The notes under the pieces are model-generated. The model had not been told where the DNA came from. It searched no databases and saw only the letters and a program-made list of their open reading frames with translations. DNA of 64,000 nucleotides from an uncultured Gemmatimonadaceae bacterium (GTDB lineage Bacteria > Gemmatimonadota > Gemmatimonadetes > Gemmatimonadales > Gemmatimonadaceae): contig CAWHHI010000004.1 of NCBI GenBank assembly GCA_963829055.1, positions 768,001 to 832,000 of the forward strand, given 5' to 3'. Of this stretch, positions 63,947 through 64,000 are shown one piece after another (the stretch's first letter is position 1; each line of letters starts with the position of its first letter). The position numbers and the translations under genes are program-made.

Positions 63947-64000
63947 GTGGCCGACGTGTGTCTCGCGCGGCAGCCGATCTTCGACACCACGGGCGTCGTC
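63947..64000 (+). CDS. Probable EAL/HDOD domain protein, N-terminus (runs off window end)
   Basis: GTG start giving MADVCLARQPIFDTTGVV; ARQPIFD is typical of EAL-HDOD N-termini. Confidence 0.6.
   Translation, partial: MADVCLARQPIFDTTGVV

Overview
A GC-rich (about two-thirds G+C, estimated by eye) bacterial chromosomal segment made mostly of housekeeping genes; gene content and protein style suggest Gemmatimonadota (inference). Core genes: yebC-ruvC-ruvA with ruvB displaced about 4.3 kb, a DnaB C-terminal-only paralogue, a PorX-like REC-PglZ regulator heading an LPS cluster (msbA, two glycosyltransferases, lpxL), tyrS, PBP1A, ilvE, kbl-tdh, a stand-alone formate dehydrogenase alpha subunit, tldD-tldE, mutM, thiE, mltG, ruvX, rho and tRNA-Arg(CCG). 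A 23S-5S rRNA unit has its own promoter and no 16S gene. At least 13 genes carry single-base frameshifts, most simply explained by long-read assembly error. Best leads: (1) four tandem paralogous small membrane proteins sharing an RxxRxEQAxxxxxxEVERxxEGQRF motif, placed between a sensor kinase and its sigma-54 regulator; (2) the heptamer CCTAACG/CGTTAGG found at least 38 times on both strands, including inside genes; (3) a 26-aa Lys/Ala peptide gene between a Tat-signal TldD/TldE pair and a zinc peptidase/ATP-grasp ligase pair; (4) several intergenic structured repeat families, including a nested inverted element downstream of ruvA. No transposase, integrase, prophage or CRISPR array was seen.
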